Under the pieces are notes generated by a model that worked only from the letters and a program-made list of their open reading frames with translations, made no database searches and had not been told where the DNA came from. Shown in pieces: positions 1 through 11,430 of a DNA stretch of 64,000 bases. Within the stretch, counting starts at the first letter, position 1; each line of letters begins with the position of its first letter. The DNA lies in assembly GCA_050951325.1 (NCBI GenBank), contig JBMNIW010000009.1, positions 19,675 through 83,674 of the forward strand. Direction: 5' to 3'. This DNA comes from Clostridia bacterium (GTDB lineage: Bacteria; Bacillota; Clostridia; UBA1212; DUPL01). The translations under genes and the position numbers were made by a program.

Positions 1-458
1 CACAACTTATGAGCAAGAACAAGGGAAAGCGGCATAAGTTCCGGTGTTTCGTTGCATGCAAAGCCAAACATCAAGCCCTGGTCGCCTGCGCCGTGCTCCA
101 CTTCCGCACCTTCCACCTTCGACTCATAAGATCTGTCCACCCCCATTGCAATATCTTCAGACTGGGCATTAACAGTATTAATAACTGCACAGGTATCTGC
201 ATCAAAACCAATTTCTGAACTGGTGTATCCAATATTACGCAATGTGTTTCTTGCTATCTTTTCGTAATCTACAAATGCTTTTGTAGTTATTTCGCCCATA
301 ATGTGGATAAGCCCGGTTGTAGCCGTTACCTCGCAGGCAACTCTGGATTCCGGATCCTCTTTCAACAAAGCATCCAATATGTTGTCAGCAATCTGGTCGC
401 AAATTTTGTCCGGATGTCCTTCGGTTACTGATTCTGATGTAAATAGTTTTCTTGCCAT
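1..458 (-). CDS. metK: S-adenosylmethionine synthetase, N-terminal part (gene runs off the left edge)
   Basis: My translation of the minus strand from the ATG at 458 gives [59 protein letters not shown]..., the conserved MetK N-terminus. A GAAGGGG SD lies 7 nt upstream. It is absent from the ORF track because the stop lies outside the window. Confidence 0.9.
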   Translation of the reverse strand, partial: MARKLFTSESVTEGHPDKICDQIADNILDALLKEDPESRVACEVTATTGLIHIMGEITTKAFVDYEKIARNTLRNIGYTSSEIGFDADTCAVINTVNAQSEDIAMGVDRSYESKVEGAEVEHGAGDQGLMFGFACNETPELMPLSLVLAHKL

Positions 459-587
459 TTGCATACCCCTTCATTAATTATTGCCTAAGGCGTCCTTTAT
501 TATATCACATTTATTCCCACACTACTAATATCAAAGGTATAAATTATCGTTAACTTGGTGATAATATTATGACGGAGGTGATAGTTT

Positions 588-776
588 ATGATGGATATGC
601 CGGCAAACCTGAAGGATTTGCTTGCAAATAACAGAGAAGCGATGGAATGCTTCCTCCACCTTCCTGAAGATATACAGAACAACATCATATTGCGTGCAAA
701 AACTATTAAGAAGAAGCACGAAATGGACAACCTGATGAATTCTTTAACTTGTAACCATAAACAAGCCAATTGCTAA
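588..776 (+). CDS. Small hypothetical protein (62 aa)
   Basis: The ORF follows a GGAGGTG SD 6 nt upstream of the ATG and has helical, charged composition. Its last 70 nt overlap the 3' end of the convergent ORF 706-1413, so one of the two ends is doubtful. Confidence 0.3.
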   Translation: MMDMPANLKDLLANNREAMECFLHLPEDIQNNIILRAKTIKKKHEMDNLMNSLTCNHKQANC

Positions 777-1413
777 CAACAGGCCTTGCATCATCACCCC
801 TCATTCCTGATTTGACGCCTGAGTTGTATAAGATTCGAATTACCAGTTCATCAATACGGCTCAGGCGCGTATTTTCTGAATAACCGTTGTAGAAAATACT
901 ATCCTCATGCAAATCGCTGTCATTTAGAAGTCCAAGCATTTGCGTCATTTCCTCCAGGATGACATGATGTCTCTGGCATTGGTTGGTTCTATCGTAAACA
1001 ATCAAAATCTCCGCATTTGTTATCTCATATCTTTCATTCCAAAAACACCGAACAAATCCCCACACAATCTCATCAACACAAACCTTCTGAGACATCTCCC
1101 ATTGGGTTATAAAGTTTACATATACATTTGCCTCATTCATGTCACGTACCAGCTTGACACGAGGAATACCTTCAATGGAATTCAGATAATCAACATGCCC
1201 TTTTATTACCTCGTAATCCTCCCTTGTAAAATTACCCATAACGTATATATTAATAGGCATTTTCCACTTTTTTATAACCCCGCTGCCATCTCCGTACTCG
1301 CATTCCAATGCAATCTCTAGGAAATAATCAACAACACTTTCAGATGCGTTATTCTGAAAGAATGCAACACAAACAAAAATACTGAAAACAAGATACACAA
1401 ATGCCCTTTTCAT
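706..1413 (-). CDS. Secreted hypothetical protein, DUF2927-like putative metallopeptidase fold
   Basis: It has an N-terminal signal-like hydrophobic segment (MKRAFVYLVFSIFVCVAFF). The segment HHVILEEMTQMLGLLNDS resembles the EExxQxLGLxND motif I associate with DUF2927. The family call is from memory only. Confidence 0.55.
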   Translation of the reverse strand: MKRAFVYLVFSIFVCVAFFQNNASESVVDYFLEIALECEYGDGSGVIKKWKMPINIYVMGNFTREDYEVIKGHVDYLNSIEGIPRVKLVRDMNEANVYVNFITQWEMSQKVCVDEIVWGFVRCFWNERYEITNAEILIVYDRTNQCQRHHVILEEMTQMLGLLNDSDLHEDSIFYNGYSENTRLSRIDELVIRILYNSGVKSGMRGDDARPVVSNWLVYGYKLKNSSGCPFRASS

Positions 1414-1514
1414 AAAAAACTCCCAAAGAATGAATATATTCTTATTCTGTGCAAATAATCTAATTTTACACAGATTTTAGTGTGTCAAACAGGAAAAATG
1501 TCATACAATCACTC

Positions 1515-1543
1515 TTGAACCAAGCATATTTAACTGCTATACT
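1515..1543 (+). promoter_or_regulatory. Sigma-A-type promoter for the DUF1846 gene
   Basis: TTGAAC (1515-1520), 17 nt spacer, TATACT (1538-1543), about 80 nt upstream of the ATG at 1625. Confidence 0.4.
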
Positions 1544-1624
1544 GAATTAGGCTGTGTTGAAAAATCAGTCCAGAAATGATAACATAAATAGGTTTAAAAT
1601 ATAAATGTGAATTGAGGAAAACTA

Positions 1625-3106
1625 ATGAACATAGGATTTGACAATGAACTTTATATCAAGAAACAAACAGAGCACATAAAAGAGAGAATGAGAAAGTTTG
1701 GCAACAAGCTTTATTTGGAGTTCGGGGGGAAACTCTTTGACGATTACCACGCCGCAAGAGTTCTTCCCGGTTTTGATGTAAACGGAAAAATACGTTTGCT
1801 GAAGGAGTTCAAAGACAATGCCGAAGTCATATTCTGCATTAATGCCAATGACATAGAAAAGAGTAAAATAAGGGCGGATATAGGTGTAACTTATGACCAG
1901 GACCTTTTCAGACTGGTCGATTCCATGAGAGAATCAGGTCTTTATGTAAACAGTGTAGTCATAACCCAGTACAACGGACAACATTCAGCAGACATTTTCA
2001 GAAACAAGCTCGAAAGAAGAGGTGTCAGAACATATATCCACTACCCAATAGCAGGATATCCGGGAAATGTCGACCTAATAGTAAGCGAGCAAGGATATGG
2101 AAAGAACGAGTATATTGAAACAACAAAACCTTTGGTTATAGTAACCGCACCAGGACCCTGCAGCGGAAAACTTGCAACATGTCTGTCCCAACTCTATCAT
2201 GAGTACAAAAAAGGCAATGTGGCAGGCTATGCAAAGTTTGAGACCTTCCCCATTTGGAATTTGTCACTTAAGCATCCTGTAAACCTTGCCTATGAAGCTG
2301 CAACTGCTGATTTGCAGGATGTGAATATGATTGATCCTTTTCATCTGGATGCTTACGGTCAACTTGCCGTCAACTATAACAGGGACGTGGAAGTTTTCCC
2401 GCTTCTTAAGACAATCCTTCAGAAAATATCAGGCAAGGACGTATATCTGTCTCCTACCGACATGGGAGTCAACATGGTCGGTTACTGCATAACGGATGAC
2501 GAGGTTGTGAAAGAAGCATCAAAGCAGGAAATTATACGCAGATACTACAGAACATGGTGTGACTACAAGTTAGGCAGGATTGATGAGCAGGCTGTTGAGA
2601 AAATAGAACTTATCATGAAGCAGTTGGATTTGAAGAAAGAAGACAGAAATGTGGTCGTTCCTTCATTGGAAAAGGCTGAGGAAAAAAGCTCTCCGGTAAT
2701 AGCCATAGAAATGCCTGATGGAAAAATAATAACCGGAAAAACTTCAAAACTGATGACTGCAGCTGCAAGTTCTGTAATAAATTCAATTAAGTATCTTGCC
2801 AACCTGGCTGATGAACTTCTCCTTTTGTCCCCAATAGTTTTAGAACCCATCCTGAAACTGAAGAAAGAAATTCTCGGCTACAAGAATGGAATACTAAACC
2901 TGGAAGAAGTCCTCATAGCCCTCAGCATATGCGCTCCAACAAACCCCATGGCGCACGAAGCCTTATCCAACATAAGCAAACTTAAAGGTTGCGAAGCTCA
3001 CTCAAGTGCTCTGGTAACCAACAGCGATGAGCTGGCTTTTAAAAAACTAGGCATAAACCTTACATGCGAACCAATTTTCCCATCAAAAGATCTCTTTTAT
3101 GTATAA
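1625..3106 (+). CDS. DUF1846 (UPF0371) family protein
   Basis: The 493-aa ORF has the characteristic N-terminus MNIGFDNELYIKKQTEHIKERM...YLEFGGKLFDDYHAARVLPGF and the typical length for this family. A GAGGAAA SD precedes it. Confidence 0.85.
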   Translation: MNIGFDNELYIKKQTEHIKERMRKFGNKLYLEFGGKLFDDYHAARVLPGFDVNGKIRLLKEFKDNAEVIFCINANDIEKSKIRADIGVTYDQDLFRLVDSMRESGLYVNSVVITQYNGQHSADIFRNKLERRGVRTYIHYPIAGYPGNVDLIVSEQGYGKNEYIETTKPLVIVTAPGPCSGKLATCLSQLYHEYKKGNVAGYAKFETFPIWNLSLKHPVNLAYEAATADLQDVNMIDPFHLDAYGQLAVNYNRDVEVFPLLKTILQKISGKDVYLSPTDMGVNMVGYCITDDEVVKEASKQEIIRRYYRTWCDYKLGRIDEQAVEKIELIMKQLDLKKEDRNVVVPSLEKAEEKSSPVIAIEMPDGKIITGKTSKLMTAAASSVINSIKYLANLADELLLLSPIVLEPILKLKKEILGYKNGILNLEEVLIALSICAPTNPMAHEALSNISKLKGCEAHSSALVTNSDELAFKKLGINLTCEPIFPSKDLFYV

Positions 3107-3133
3107 AAAAACCCCGCACAACGCGGGGTTTAA
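3105..3133. terminator. Bidirectional rho-independent terminator
   Basis: The hairpin CCCCGC-acaac-GCGGGG (3112-3128) is flanked by an A-run upstream and TTT downstream. It sits between the convergent genes 1625-3106 and 3147-5186. Confidence 0.75.
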
Positions 3134-3146
3134 AAATCTATTCAAT

Positions 3147-5186
3147 TTATCCGCATACATAATTGAATCTGCCAAAGGGCGCACAGTCGCCGTCCTTGTA
3201 AAAATTCATTACGTCATCCAACGTTATGTTGTCTGACCATTTGAACTCAAAGCTTTCATCACCGATGAGTTCCTTTGGCAATACATAGCACATTTTGTTA
3301 CCTTGTACTGTATACTTGCATGTACCTTGAACGACCCATGCACTGTCCTTGTATACTTTAACCTTGCCCGCAGAAACAAGGATGTCATAACCTTCCCAAC
3401 CTGTTTCTTTTGAGCGGTCCTTGTCAATCAAGAGACACATCCAGTTTTCTTCAGTGTCCGGTGTAATGTTGTTTGAGCACTCTGCGTAGAAGTAGTAATT
3501 GTTGTCATCTTTGGCTACCTTGGCAAGTACAAAATCGTTTCTTCCCGTATCAATCTTGTAATAGGTATCTCCTATACCAGGATAATCCCTCTTGCTTGCA
3601 GTGCCCTTGTGAGCAAAGTATTCAGGCTTTACATCCTTCCACTCGTCAAAATTCATGACATCAATGGTTTTAACTGTAGGCTTTCTATTTGCAGGCTCCA
3701 GTCCTTTGAACCTCCTTATATTTGCAGCCAGCTGCAGGTAATAAGTATCAAGATATCCATCAATGTCCGGCTCAATATCACGACTGTGTTCCCTGTCATA
3801 CTGGTCGACAAAAGCTATTTGGGTGCTGTTTGGATCCAGAACCCATGGCAGTCCAGGGAATTTGCCCATATTCCATTCATTCCATCCCGTTACAAACACA
3901 AACTCAGGGTCGATTTCCATTGCATAATCCCACTGCTCCTGCAGGTTGTAACCATACATGTAGGAATCCTCTGTAAGCTTTGAGAACCTGTCTTTCAGGG
4001 TATAGCTTCTTCCATATGTGTTCTTGTCATTAAAATGGGTGCATATTCTCCCATCATTTGCATTCTGAGCCACACCTACCGCACACATCTCATAAGTTCC
4101 ATCTTCCTGTTTTACATATCCATGCAGCGGTGCTATCTCCAGCCATGCCCAGTCGTCATGCCTTTGAGGTCCGCATCCGTAACCTGGCTGTCCTGGTCTG
4201 AAGGTAAAGAATTCCCTAATCTCATTCAACACCTTTGTATCATACTCGCATTTGCCCTCTTGTGGTATTGATTCAGGATAAGCCATAACCAGCGGCTTGC
4301 CCTTCCAATAGAACCACAAATCCTTGTACTTTCCTGGTTTGTACAAATCCTGATACAGAGACCTTAACATGTTCAATGTACTCTCCATTGGAGCAAAGTT
4401 CATAAGAAAAGCAACTTTAGGTACATTTATGCCGTCTCTTCTTGCCTTTTCAAACTCTTCCAACAGGGGCATGTAGGATGGTCTCCACAGAAGAGAGCCG
4501 TTTGTACAGTCGAATATGATGCAGTCCACACCAGCATCCGCAAAGTACTGGGCATGCTTTCTAAGTACATAAGGATCGTCATTTCTGTAAAAGCCGTAAA
4601 AAGGCTCATTCCAATGAACCATGTCGTTGTTGGTCCATATTGGATGGTTGATGTCATATTCAGCTTCGGGATGCTCTTTAAGGATCTGGGTCAGATTCCT
4701 TGGATTTGCATAAATATTCAAGCACCTCCAGGTCCAATAGAAAACACCAACAAACTTCTCCCTTTTCTCCCTTACTTCACCTGCTTCCGGAACCTTTCTA
4801 CCCAGCATGTCGGTAGCAACCATCAGGTCTGTGTAAGTGCTTCTTATCTCCACCTCATCACTCTTTTCCTCTACATCAAAGGGACTCTCCTCGGTAAACT
4901 CAAAGGAGTCAAAATATCCACTTCCATTACATACAAAGGACAAATTATGTACGCCTTTGACAAGAGGTATCTCCATTTTGGTATCCTCAAGCACCTTATC
5001 CTGGGCAGTGCTTGTAAATGCACAAACCGCAATAATCTCATTGTCCACCAAAATGTCCAGAGTACCGGTTCCAATTCTGGTTCTGTAATTCAGGTTGATT
5101 CCTCTTTTACCTTCTCCAAAATCCACATTTTCAAATGTTATTGTGTTGTTCTCCTTTTTTGCATCCCAATTTGCAATAAGTTTCAT
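3147..5186 (-). CDS. Putative intracellular glycoside hydrolase with N-terminal CBM6/35-like module
   Basis: I chose the start MKLIANWDAKK at 5186 because GGAGGTG lies 6 nt upstream; the track ORF extends to 5222. The first ~100 aa look like a beta-sandwich CBM. The central region carries a TIM-barrel-like segment (GVDCIIFDCTNG, FVFVTGWNEWN, EHSRDIEP). There is no signal peptide. The GH family is not assignable by eye. Confidence 0.7.
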   Translation of the reverse strand: MKLIANWDAKKENNTITFENVDFGEGKRGINLNYRTRIGTGTLDILVDNEIIAVCAFTSTAQDKVLEDTKMEIPLVKGVHNLSFVCNGSGYFDSFEFTEESPFDVEEKSDEVEIRSTYTDLMVATDMLGRKVPEAGEVREKREKFVGVFYWTWRCLNIYANPRNLTQILKEHPEAEYDINHPIWTNNDMVHWNEPFYGFYRNDDPYVLRKHAQYFADAGVDCIIFDCTNGSLLWRPSYMPLLEEFEKARRDGINVPKVAFLMNFAPMESTLNMLRSLYQDLYKPGKYKDLWFYWKGKPLVMAYPESIPQEGKCEYDTKVLNEIREFFTFRPGQPGYGCGPQRHDDWAWLEIAPLHGYVKQEDGTYEMCAVGVAQNANDGRICTHFNDKNTYGRSYTLKDRFSKLTEDSYMYGYNLQEQWDYAMEIDPEFVFVTGWNEWNMGKFPGLPWVLDPNSTQIAFVDQYDREHSRDIEPDIDGYLDTYYLQLAANIRRFKGLEPANRKPTVKTIDVMNFDEWKDVKPEYFAHKGTASKRDYPGIGDTYYKIDTGRNDFVLAKVAKDDNNYYFYAECSNNITPDTEENWMCLLIDKDRSKETGWEGYDILVSAGKVKVYKDSAWVVQGTCKYTVQGNKMCYVLPKELIGDESFEFKWSDNITLDDVMNFYKDGDCAPFGRFNYVCG

Positions 5187-5299
5187 AGTACACCTCCATA
5201 AAAAATAGAAAGAGAAAGACATAATACTCCAAAAACAGAATATATTCTTTCTCTTTCAAATTAGATTGTGATCACACCCCATTTATTTATCACAGGGTG

Positions 5300-5327
5300 A
5301 TTATACTACATCCATATTTTATTTCAA
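5300..5327 (-). promoter_or_regulatory. Sigma-A-type promoter for the glycosidase gene
   Basis: On the minus strand: TTGAAA (5327-5322), 16 nt spacer, TATAAT (5305-5300). GTGAT/ATCAC palindromes lie at 5289-5301 and 5267-5276, overlapping and downstream of the -10. Confidence 0.4.
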
Positions 5328-5336
5328 CCCTTATTT

Positions 5337-6458
5337 CTACTTTTTACGACCAAAAAAAGACCTTCTCCCATTGGAACTGTTTCCAGTAATGGAAGCCTGC
5401 AGCTGTCTTAGAAGATCTTTTTGAGTTTCATTCAACTTCTTTGGAATGGCAACTGAAACCCTTACAATCTGATCCCCACGGCCAGAAGAATGAAGTTTGG
5501 GTATTCCCTTTCCTTTAAGCTTGAAAGAAACTCCTGGTTGTGTGCCTTCAGGAATTGTAAGTTCAACCTTTCCATCCAGGGTGTCAACCACAATAACATC
5601 TCCCAAAGCAGCCTGTATCATATCAATGGTAACATCCAGATAAACGTCAAACCCTTCCCTTCTTAGAAGTTTGTGTCTCTGTACTCTTATTGATATGATT
5701 AAATCTCCTGGAGGGCCTCCTTTTGAACCCGGTTCACCCTGGCCGGACATGGATATAGCCTGGCCATGGTCTATTCCCGCAGGTACCTTCACCTTAATAG
5801 TAACATTCTTTCTTACCTTGCCGTTACCGGAACAAACAGTACAAGGGTCCGTAACAGTTTTGCCTGTACCGCCGCACTTGTCGCAAGTCCGAACATTTAC
5901 AAACGAACCAAAAGGTGTCGCCTGTTTGACTCTTACCTGTCCTGAACCTCCGCAGTTAGTACAACTGCTGGTAGATTTGGATTTTGAACCTGTTCCTTCA
6001 CAAGTACTGCAGCTTACGTACTTGTTGACAGAGACATCCTTTTCCGTACCAAAAGCCGCTTCCTCAAAAGTTATGGTCATGGTCGTTCTTATGTCAGCAC
6101 CTTTTACGGGTCCCCTTGACTGCCTGGAGCCAAACCCTGTGCCGAAAAAGTCAAAAATGTCATCAAGTCCACCAAAACCAAATCCTCCGAAGTCAAAACC
6201 TCCAAAACCGCCGCCTGCAGCGCTGTTGGGGTCGAAAGCAGCATGACCAAACCTGTCATACTGGGCTCTCTTTTCAGAGTCGGACAGGACTTCGTAAGCT
6301 TCGGTTGCTTCCTTGAACTTTGCTTCCGCTTCTTTGTTATCAGGATTTACGTCCGGATGGTATTTCTTTGCAAGTTTTCTATATGCTTTTTTTATTTCAT
6401 CAGTGCTGGCATCCCTACTCACGCCAAGCACTTCGTAGTAATCTCTCTTTGTGCTCAT
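5337..6458 (-). CDS. dnaJ: Molecular chaperone DnaJ
   Basis: J-domain with HPD ([15 protein letters not shown]), a G/F-rich linker, and four CxxCxGxG zinc-finger repeats ([32 protein letters not shown]). Confidence 0.97.
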   Translation of the reverse strand: MSTKRDYYEVLGVSRDASTDEIKKAYRKLAKKYHPDVNPDNKEAEAKFKEATEAYEVLSDSEKRAQYDRFGHAAFDPNSAAGGGFGGFDFGGFGFGGLDDIFDFFGTGFGSRQSRGPVKGADIRTTMTITFEEAAFGTEKDVSVNKYVSCSTCEGTGSKSKSTSSCTNCGGSGQVRVKQATPFGSFVNVRTCDKCGGTGKTVTDPCTVCSGNGKVRKNVTIKVKVPAGIDHGQAISMSGQGEPGSKGGPPGDLIISIRVQRHKLLRREGFDVYLDVTIDMIQAALGDVIVVDTLDGKVELTIPEGTQPGVSFKLKGKGIPKLHSSGRGDQIVRVSVAIPKKLNETQKDLLRQLQASITGNSSNGRRSFFGRKK

Positions 6459-6497
6459 CCATATCTCCCTTTTTGAGTGTCCTTGTCAAACACAACA

Positions 6498-6532
6498 ATA
6501 TCTTTGCCACCAAATCCTGGCGGCAAAGATAT
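6498..6532 (-). terminator. Strong hairpin between dnaK and dnaJ (partial terminator or processing site)
   Basis: The arms 6498-6511 and 6518-6532 pair at 13 of 14 positions (ATATCTTTGCCACC / TGGCGGCAAAGATAT). On the minus-strand RNA the hairpin is followed by a U-rich AUUGUUGUGUUUG tail. Confidence 0.5.
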
Positions 6533-6570
6533 ATTATACATTACACTTGCTTTAAAAACAACTTCATCAG

Positions 6571-8448
<1,878 letters not shown>

Positions 8449-8484
8449 TTATTCAAATTATATAATCAAATGCATTAAACAATG

Positions 8485-9093
8485 CTAATTTGCCACTTTT
8501 ACCATACTGTAGCGTATAACTCTTTCATTGAGTTTGTATCCCTTTTGAAAAACCTCAACAATCTCATTTGCACTGGCGTTCTCATCCTCCACATGCATTA
8601 CAGCATTATGCAAGTCTGGATTGAACTTCTCACCTAAAGCCTTAATCTCTTCCACACCCATGGAAGCCAGAATATCAATAAGCTGTTTGTATATTAGTTC
8701 GACACCTTGCTTGTAAGAAACACAACTGTCACACACACCCGTTTCCAGAGCTCTTTCGAAGTTGTCAATAACGGGCAAAATGTTCTTTACAGTGTCACAT
8801 TTAGCATCCAAATAAATATTATCCATTTCTCTGGATGTTCTCTTCTTGTAGTTGTCAAACTCGGCAGCCATCCTGAGCATTTTATCCTTCATCTCGCTGC
8901 ACGCTGCATTCATGTCTTCCAGCTGCTTCTTAAGCTGTGTCCTTTCTTCGTCTTCAGTGTCCATTTTCTTCTCCATTTCCTCGATTTCTTCTTCCTGTCC
9001 AATGGATGTGGTATTATCGCAAACTTCATCCTCCACCTTTTCCTGAATTTCCTCATTTTCCAATTCAGGATTAATATTTACATCCTCAGCCAT
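8485..9093 (-). CDS. grpE: Nucleotide exchange factor GrpE
   Basis: Acidic N-terminus followed by RMAAEFDNYKKRTSRE and a C-terminal GYKLNERVIRYSMVKV. It lies between hrcA and dnaK. Confidence 0.95.
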   Translation of the reverse strand: MAEDVNINPELENEEIQEKVEDEVCDNTTSIGQEEEIEEMEKKMDTEDEERTQLKKQLEDMNAACSEMKDKMLRMAAEFDNYKKRTSREMDNIYLDAKCDTVKNILPVIDNFERALETGVCDSCVSYKQGVELIYKQLIDILASMGVEEIKALGEKFNPDLHNAVMHVEDENASANEIVEVFQKGYKLNERVIRYSMVKVAN

Positions 9094-9133
9094 TATATAC
9101 CCTCCTGTAAAAAATATAATCTATATCACTGCA

Positions 9134-10183
9134 TCAAGAACCTTCAAGTCTATGCGGCATGTCTTGATTCAGTTTCTTTCTAATATATTCAAGAGATGAT
9201 ATAACTTTCTGGTAGTCCATTCTGGTTGGCCCCAGCACCCCTATTGTTCCAAGTTCCACATCATTGATTCTATAAGTAGCGGTGACTATTGAGCAGTCGC
9301 TGATTTCATCAAAATCATTCTCCTGGCCTATCCTTACCATAAGTCCTCCAGCTTCAGCTGACTTTTTCAAAAGCTGGACCACAATATCTGTGTCGTGAAC
9401 CACTTCCAGTACGGCTTTAGCCCTGTTTACATCAAAAAATTCAGGATGCATCAGTAAATTGGAAGCACCTTCAGTATACAGTTCAACTTCCTCAGCATGC
9501 TGTAAACAATCAATTATACCGTCCACCAATGGGAGAATCAAATGTCTGTCCATACAGGACTCTTTAACTATCTCGTTTACAATAATTACACTTATACCTT
9601 CAGCCCGGCATCCGCTCAGTTTCCTGTCAAGTATGTTTGACAACCTGACTATTGTATCTAGTTCTATGGAGTAATCTATGTTAACTATCTTGTTTCTAAC
9701 CAGGTCATTGCCCAAAACTACAACAACCAATGCTCGGCCTTTTTCAATAGGTACTACCTGGCATGCCTTTATTATTGAACTCCTGGTCTTGTACTTCATC
9801 GAAAAGGACGTATACTGGGTCGCTTTCGATATTAACTTCGTCATGACTTTTATAATCTGTCCCAGTTCGTTGATTCTTTGTTCATAATAGTTGAGCAGTC
9901 TATTGTACTCGCTGAATTTGCTTTCATCTATCTCAATCAGGTGGTCAACATATATCCTGTAGCCCTTGTCGGAGGGAACTCTTCCAGCAGAAGAATACGG
10001 TTGCGATAAATATCCCATATCTTCAAGGTCCGCCATTTCATTCCTGATAGTTGCGGAACTTAGGCCAACTTCATACTTTTTGGCAATGGTTCGTGACCCG
10101 ACTGGTTCCATGCTTTGGATATAGTCGTCAACTATCGCTTTCAGTATACGCATTTTCCTTGGAGCAAGTTCCTCATAGCTCAT
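9134..10183 (-). CDS. hrcA: Heat-inducible transcription repressor HrcA
   Basis: I chose the start MSYEELAPRKMRILKAIVDDYI at 10183 because of a GGGTGA SD. It has a winged-helix N-terminus (VGSRTIAKKY..LSSATIRNEMADLE) and is the first gene of the dnaK operon. Confidence 0.95.
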   Translation of the reverse strand: MSYEELAPRKMRILKAIVDDYIQSMEPVGSRTIAKKYEVGLSSATIRNEMADLEDMGYLSQPYSSAGRVPSDKGYRIYVDHLIEIDESKFSEYNRLLNYYEQRINELGQIIKVMTKLISKATQYTSFSMKYKTRSSIIKACQVVPIEKGRALVVVVLGNDLVRNKIVNIDYSIELDTIVRLSNILDRKLSGCRAEGISVIIVNEIVKESCMDRHLILPLVDGIIDCLQHAEEVELYTEGASNLLMHPEFFDVNRAKAVLEVVHDTDIVVQLLKKSAEAGGLMVRIGQENDFDEISDCSIVTATYRINDVELGTIGVLGPTRMDYQKVISSLEYIRKKLNQDMPHRLEGS

Positions 10184-10210
10184 TTCATCACCCACTTTCT
10201 TTTCATGTTG

Positions 10211-10237
10211 TTAGCACTCACCTATAATGAGTGCTAA
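10211..10237 (-). promoter_or_regulatory. CIRCE operator (HrcA binding site)
   Basis: TTAGCACTC-N9-GAGTGCTAA is a perfect match to the CIRCE consensus. It lies 28 nt upstream of the hrcA start. Confidence 0.92.
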
Positions 10238-10245
10238 TCATAAGT

Positions 10246-10274
10246 AATATAACACTGTATATAAGTTTTGTCAA
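10246..10274 (-). promoter_or_regulatory. Sigma-A promoter of the hrcA-grpE-dnaK-dnaJ operon
   Basis: On the minus strand: TTGACA (10274-10269), 17 nt spacer, TATATT (10251-10246). It sits immediately upstream of CIRCE. Confidence 0.65.
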
Positions 10275-10284
10275 CAGAATTTGT

Positions 10285-11430
10285 CTATTCGACAAGATCA
10301 CAAACCACTACTCTATTCTTTCCTAATTGTTTTGCACGATACAGGGCTTTGTCCGCAGAACAGAAATAATGTTTTTCACTTTTACCCTTGGTCAGTTTGC
10401 ACATGCCAATACTTGATGTGAGATGCATCTCTTTTGATTCAACGATAAATATGTTTTCCATGATTAGTTTTCTTAAATTCTCAGCATAGGCATATCCTTC
10501 TTCAAGAGTTGTTGATGGCATTAGAAGTATAAACTCTTCACCGCCAAACCTGGCGATATAATCCGTCTCACGGAGATTTGAGCGAAGAAGCTTTGCAAAT
10601 TGTCTAAGCACATCATCTCCAGCAAGATGACCATAGGTATCATTTACAGTCTTGAAGTCATCGATATCCATAAGCACAAGAACCGATTCATAGCCTTCCT
10701 TTCTCATCATGGAAAACTCATGTTCCACAAGCTTGTCAAACATTCTTCTGTTTGGCAAATCCGTAAGGCTATCATGATAAGCCATCTGCTCCAGTTGAAT
10801 GTTCTGCTTTTCAATATATCTCTTCTGCACTATATTTATATAGTTATAATGCCAAAGTATCACGCTGGTAAACAAACCAAGAGCTACTGCAGTTATTCCG
10901 TTCACCCTGTTTGACAAAAGAATGTCCGCGTCATTTATGTAAATACCAATAAGAGTATAGTAAGCCAAATACGAAAATAGAAAAATCAGTACAGAAATTG
11001 CCGGCCTTATTAAAAACACAATACCAACAACCACACAAGATAATATGAATGGAGTGATGTTTGAAGTTATAACCTGATCAAAAACAGTTATAACTATGCC
11101 ACCCATCATGATGACCGCAATCGAAATATATAAAAGTATATACATTGTAAATCTTGATCTTGATTCCCTTCTCAGTTTGGCGGTTATTAAATACATTGCT
11201 ATCATAAATAACAGCATCGTCAAATGGGATAAAATGATTCCTACTTCCCAGGTTATTGGTGATTCCTCTCCCGAATTACCAAACTTAATCAACAAAACAT
11301 CAATCAGACTCATGATCATGGAGATTATCGAAAGATAATAAATTCTGTTAATATTCTGTACCAGGCTTTCTTCAATTACCGTGTTGTATGATGCGTACAA
11401 TTCTCTAGCTCTTCTACCAATTTTCTTCAT
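10285..11430 (-). CDS. Membrane-anchored diguanylate cyclase (GGDEF domain)
   Basis: About 200 aa of multi-TM N-terminus, then a GGDEF domain with the active site RFGGEEFILLMP and upstream DSLTDLPNRRMF. Confidence 0.88.
   Translation of the reverse strand: MKKIGRRARELYASYNTVIEESLVQNINRIYYLSIISMIMSLIDVLLIKFGNSGEESPITWEVGIILSHLTMLLFMIAMYLITAKLRRESRSRFTMYILLYISIAVIMMGGIVITVFDQVITSNITPFILSCVVVGIVFLIRPAISVLIFLFSYLAYYTLIGIYINDADILLSNRVNGITAVALGLFTSVILWHYNYINIVQKRYIEKQNIQLEQMAYHDSLTDLPNRRMFDKLVEHEFSMMRKEGYESVLVLMDIDDFKTVNDTYGHLAGDDVLRQFAKLLRSNLRETDYIARFGGEEFILLMPSTTLEEGYAYAENLRKLIMENIFIVESKEMHLTSSIGMCKLTKGKSEKHYFCSADKALYRAKQLGKNRVVVCDLVE

Noticed and set aside
459-587. Expected SAM (S-box) riboswitch upstream of metK.
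   Set aside because: The leader is only about 60-70 nt after a TGTGATATAAT-like extended -10. It lacks the conserved S-box helices and the GGTGGAGGGA-type core, so no riboswitch is supported.
5671-6246. 191-aa plus-strand ORF, with neighbours at 6116-6316, 6243-6476 and 6320-6610, inside and next to dnaJ.
   Set aside because: It lies antisense to a clearly conserved dnaJ frame. Its Pro/Ser/Lys-rich low-complexity product mirrors the G/F- and Cys-rich codons of dnaJ. It has no SD, so it is a shadow ORF.
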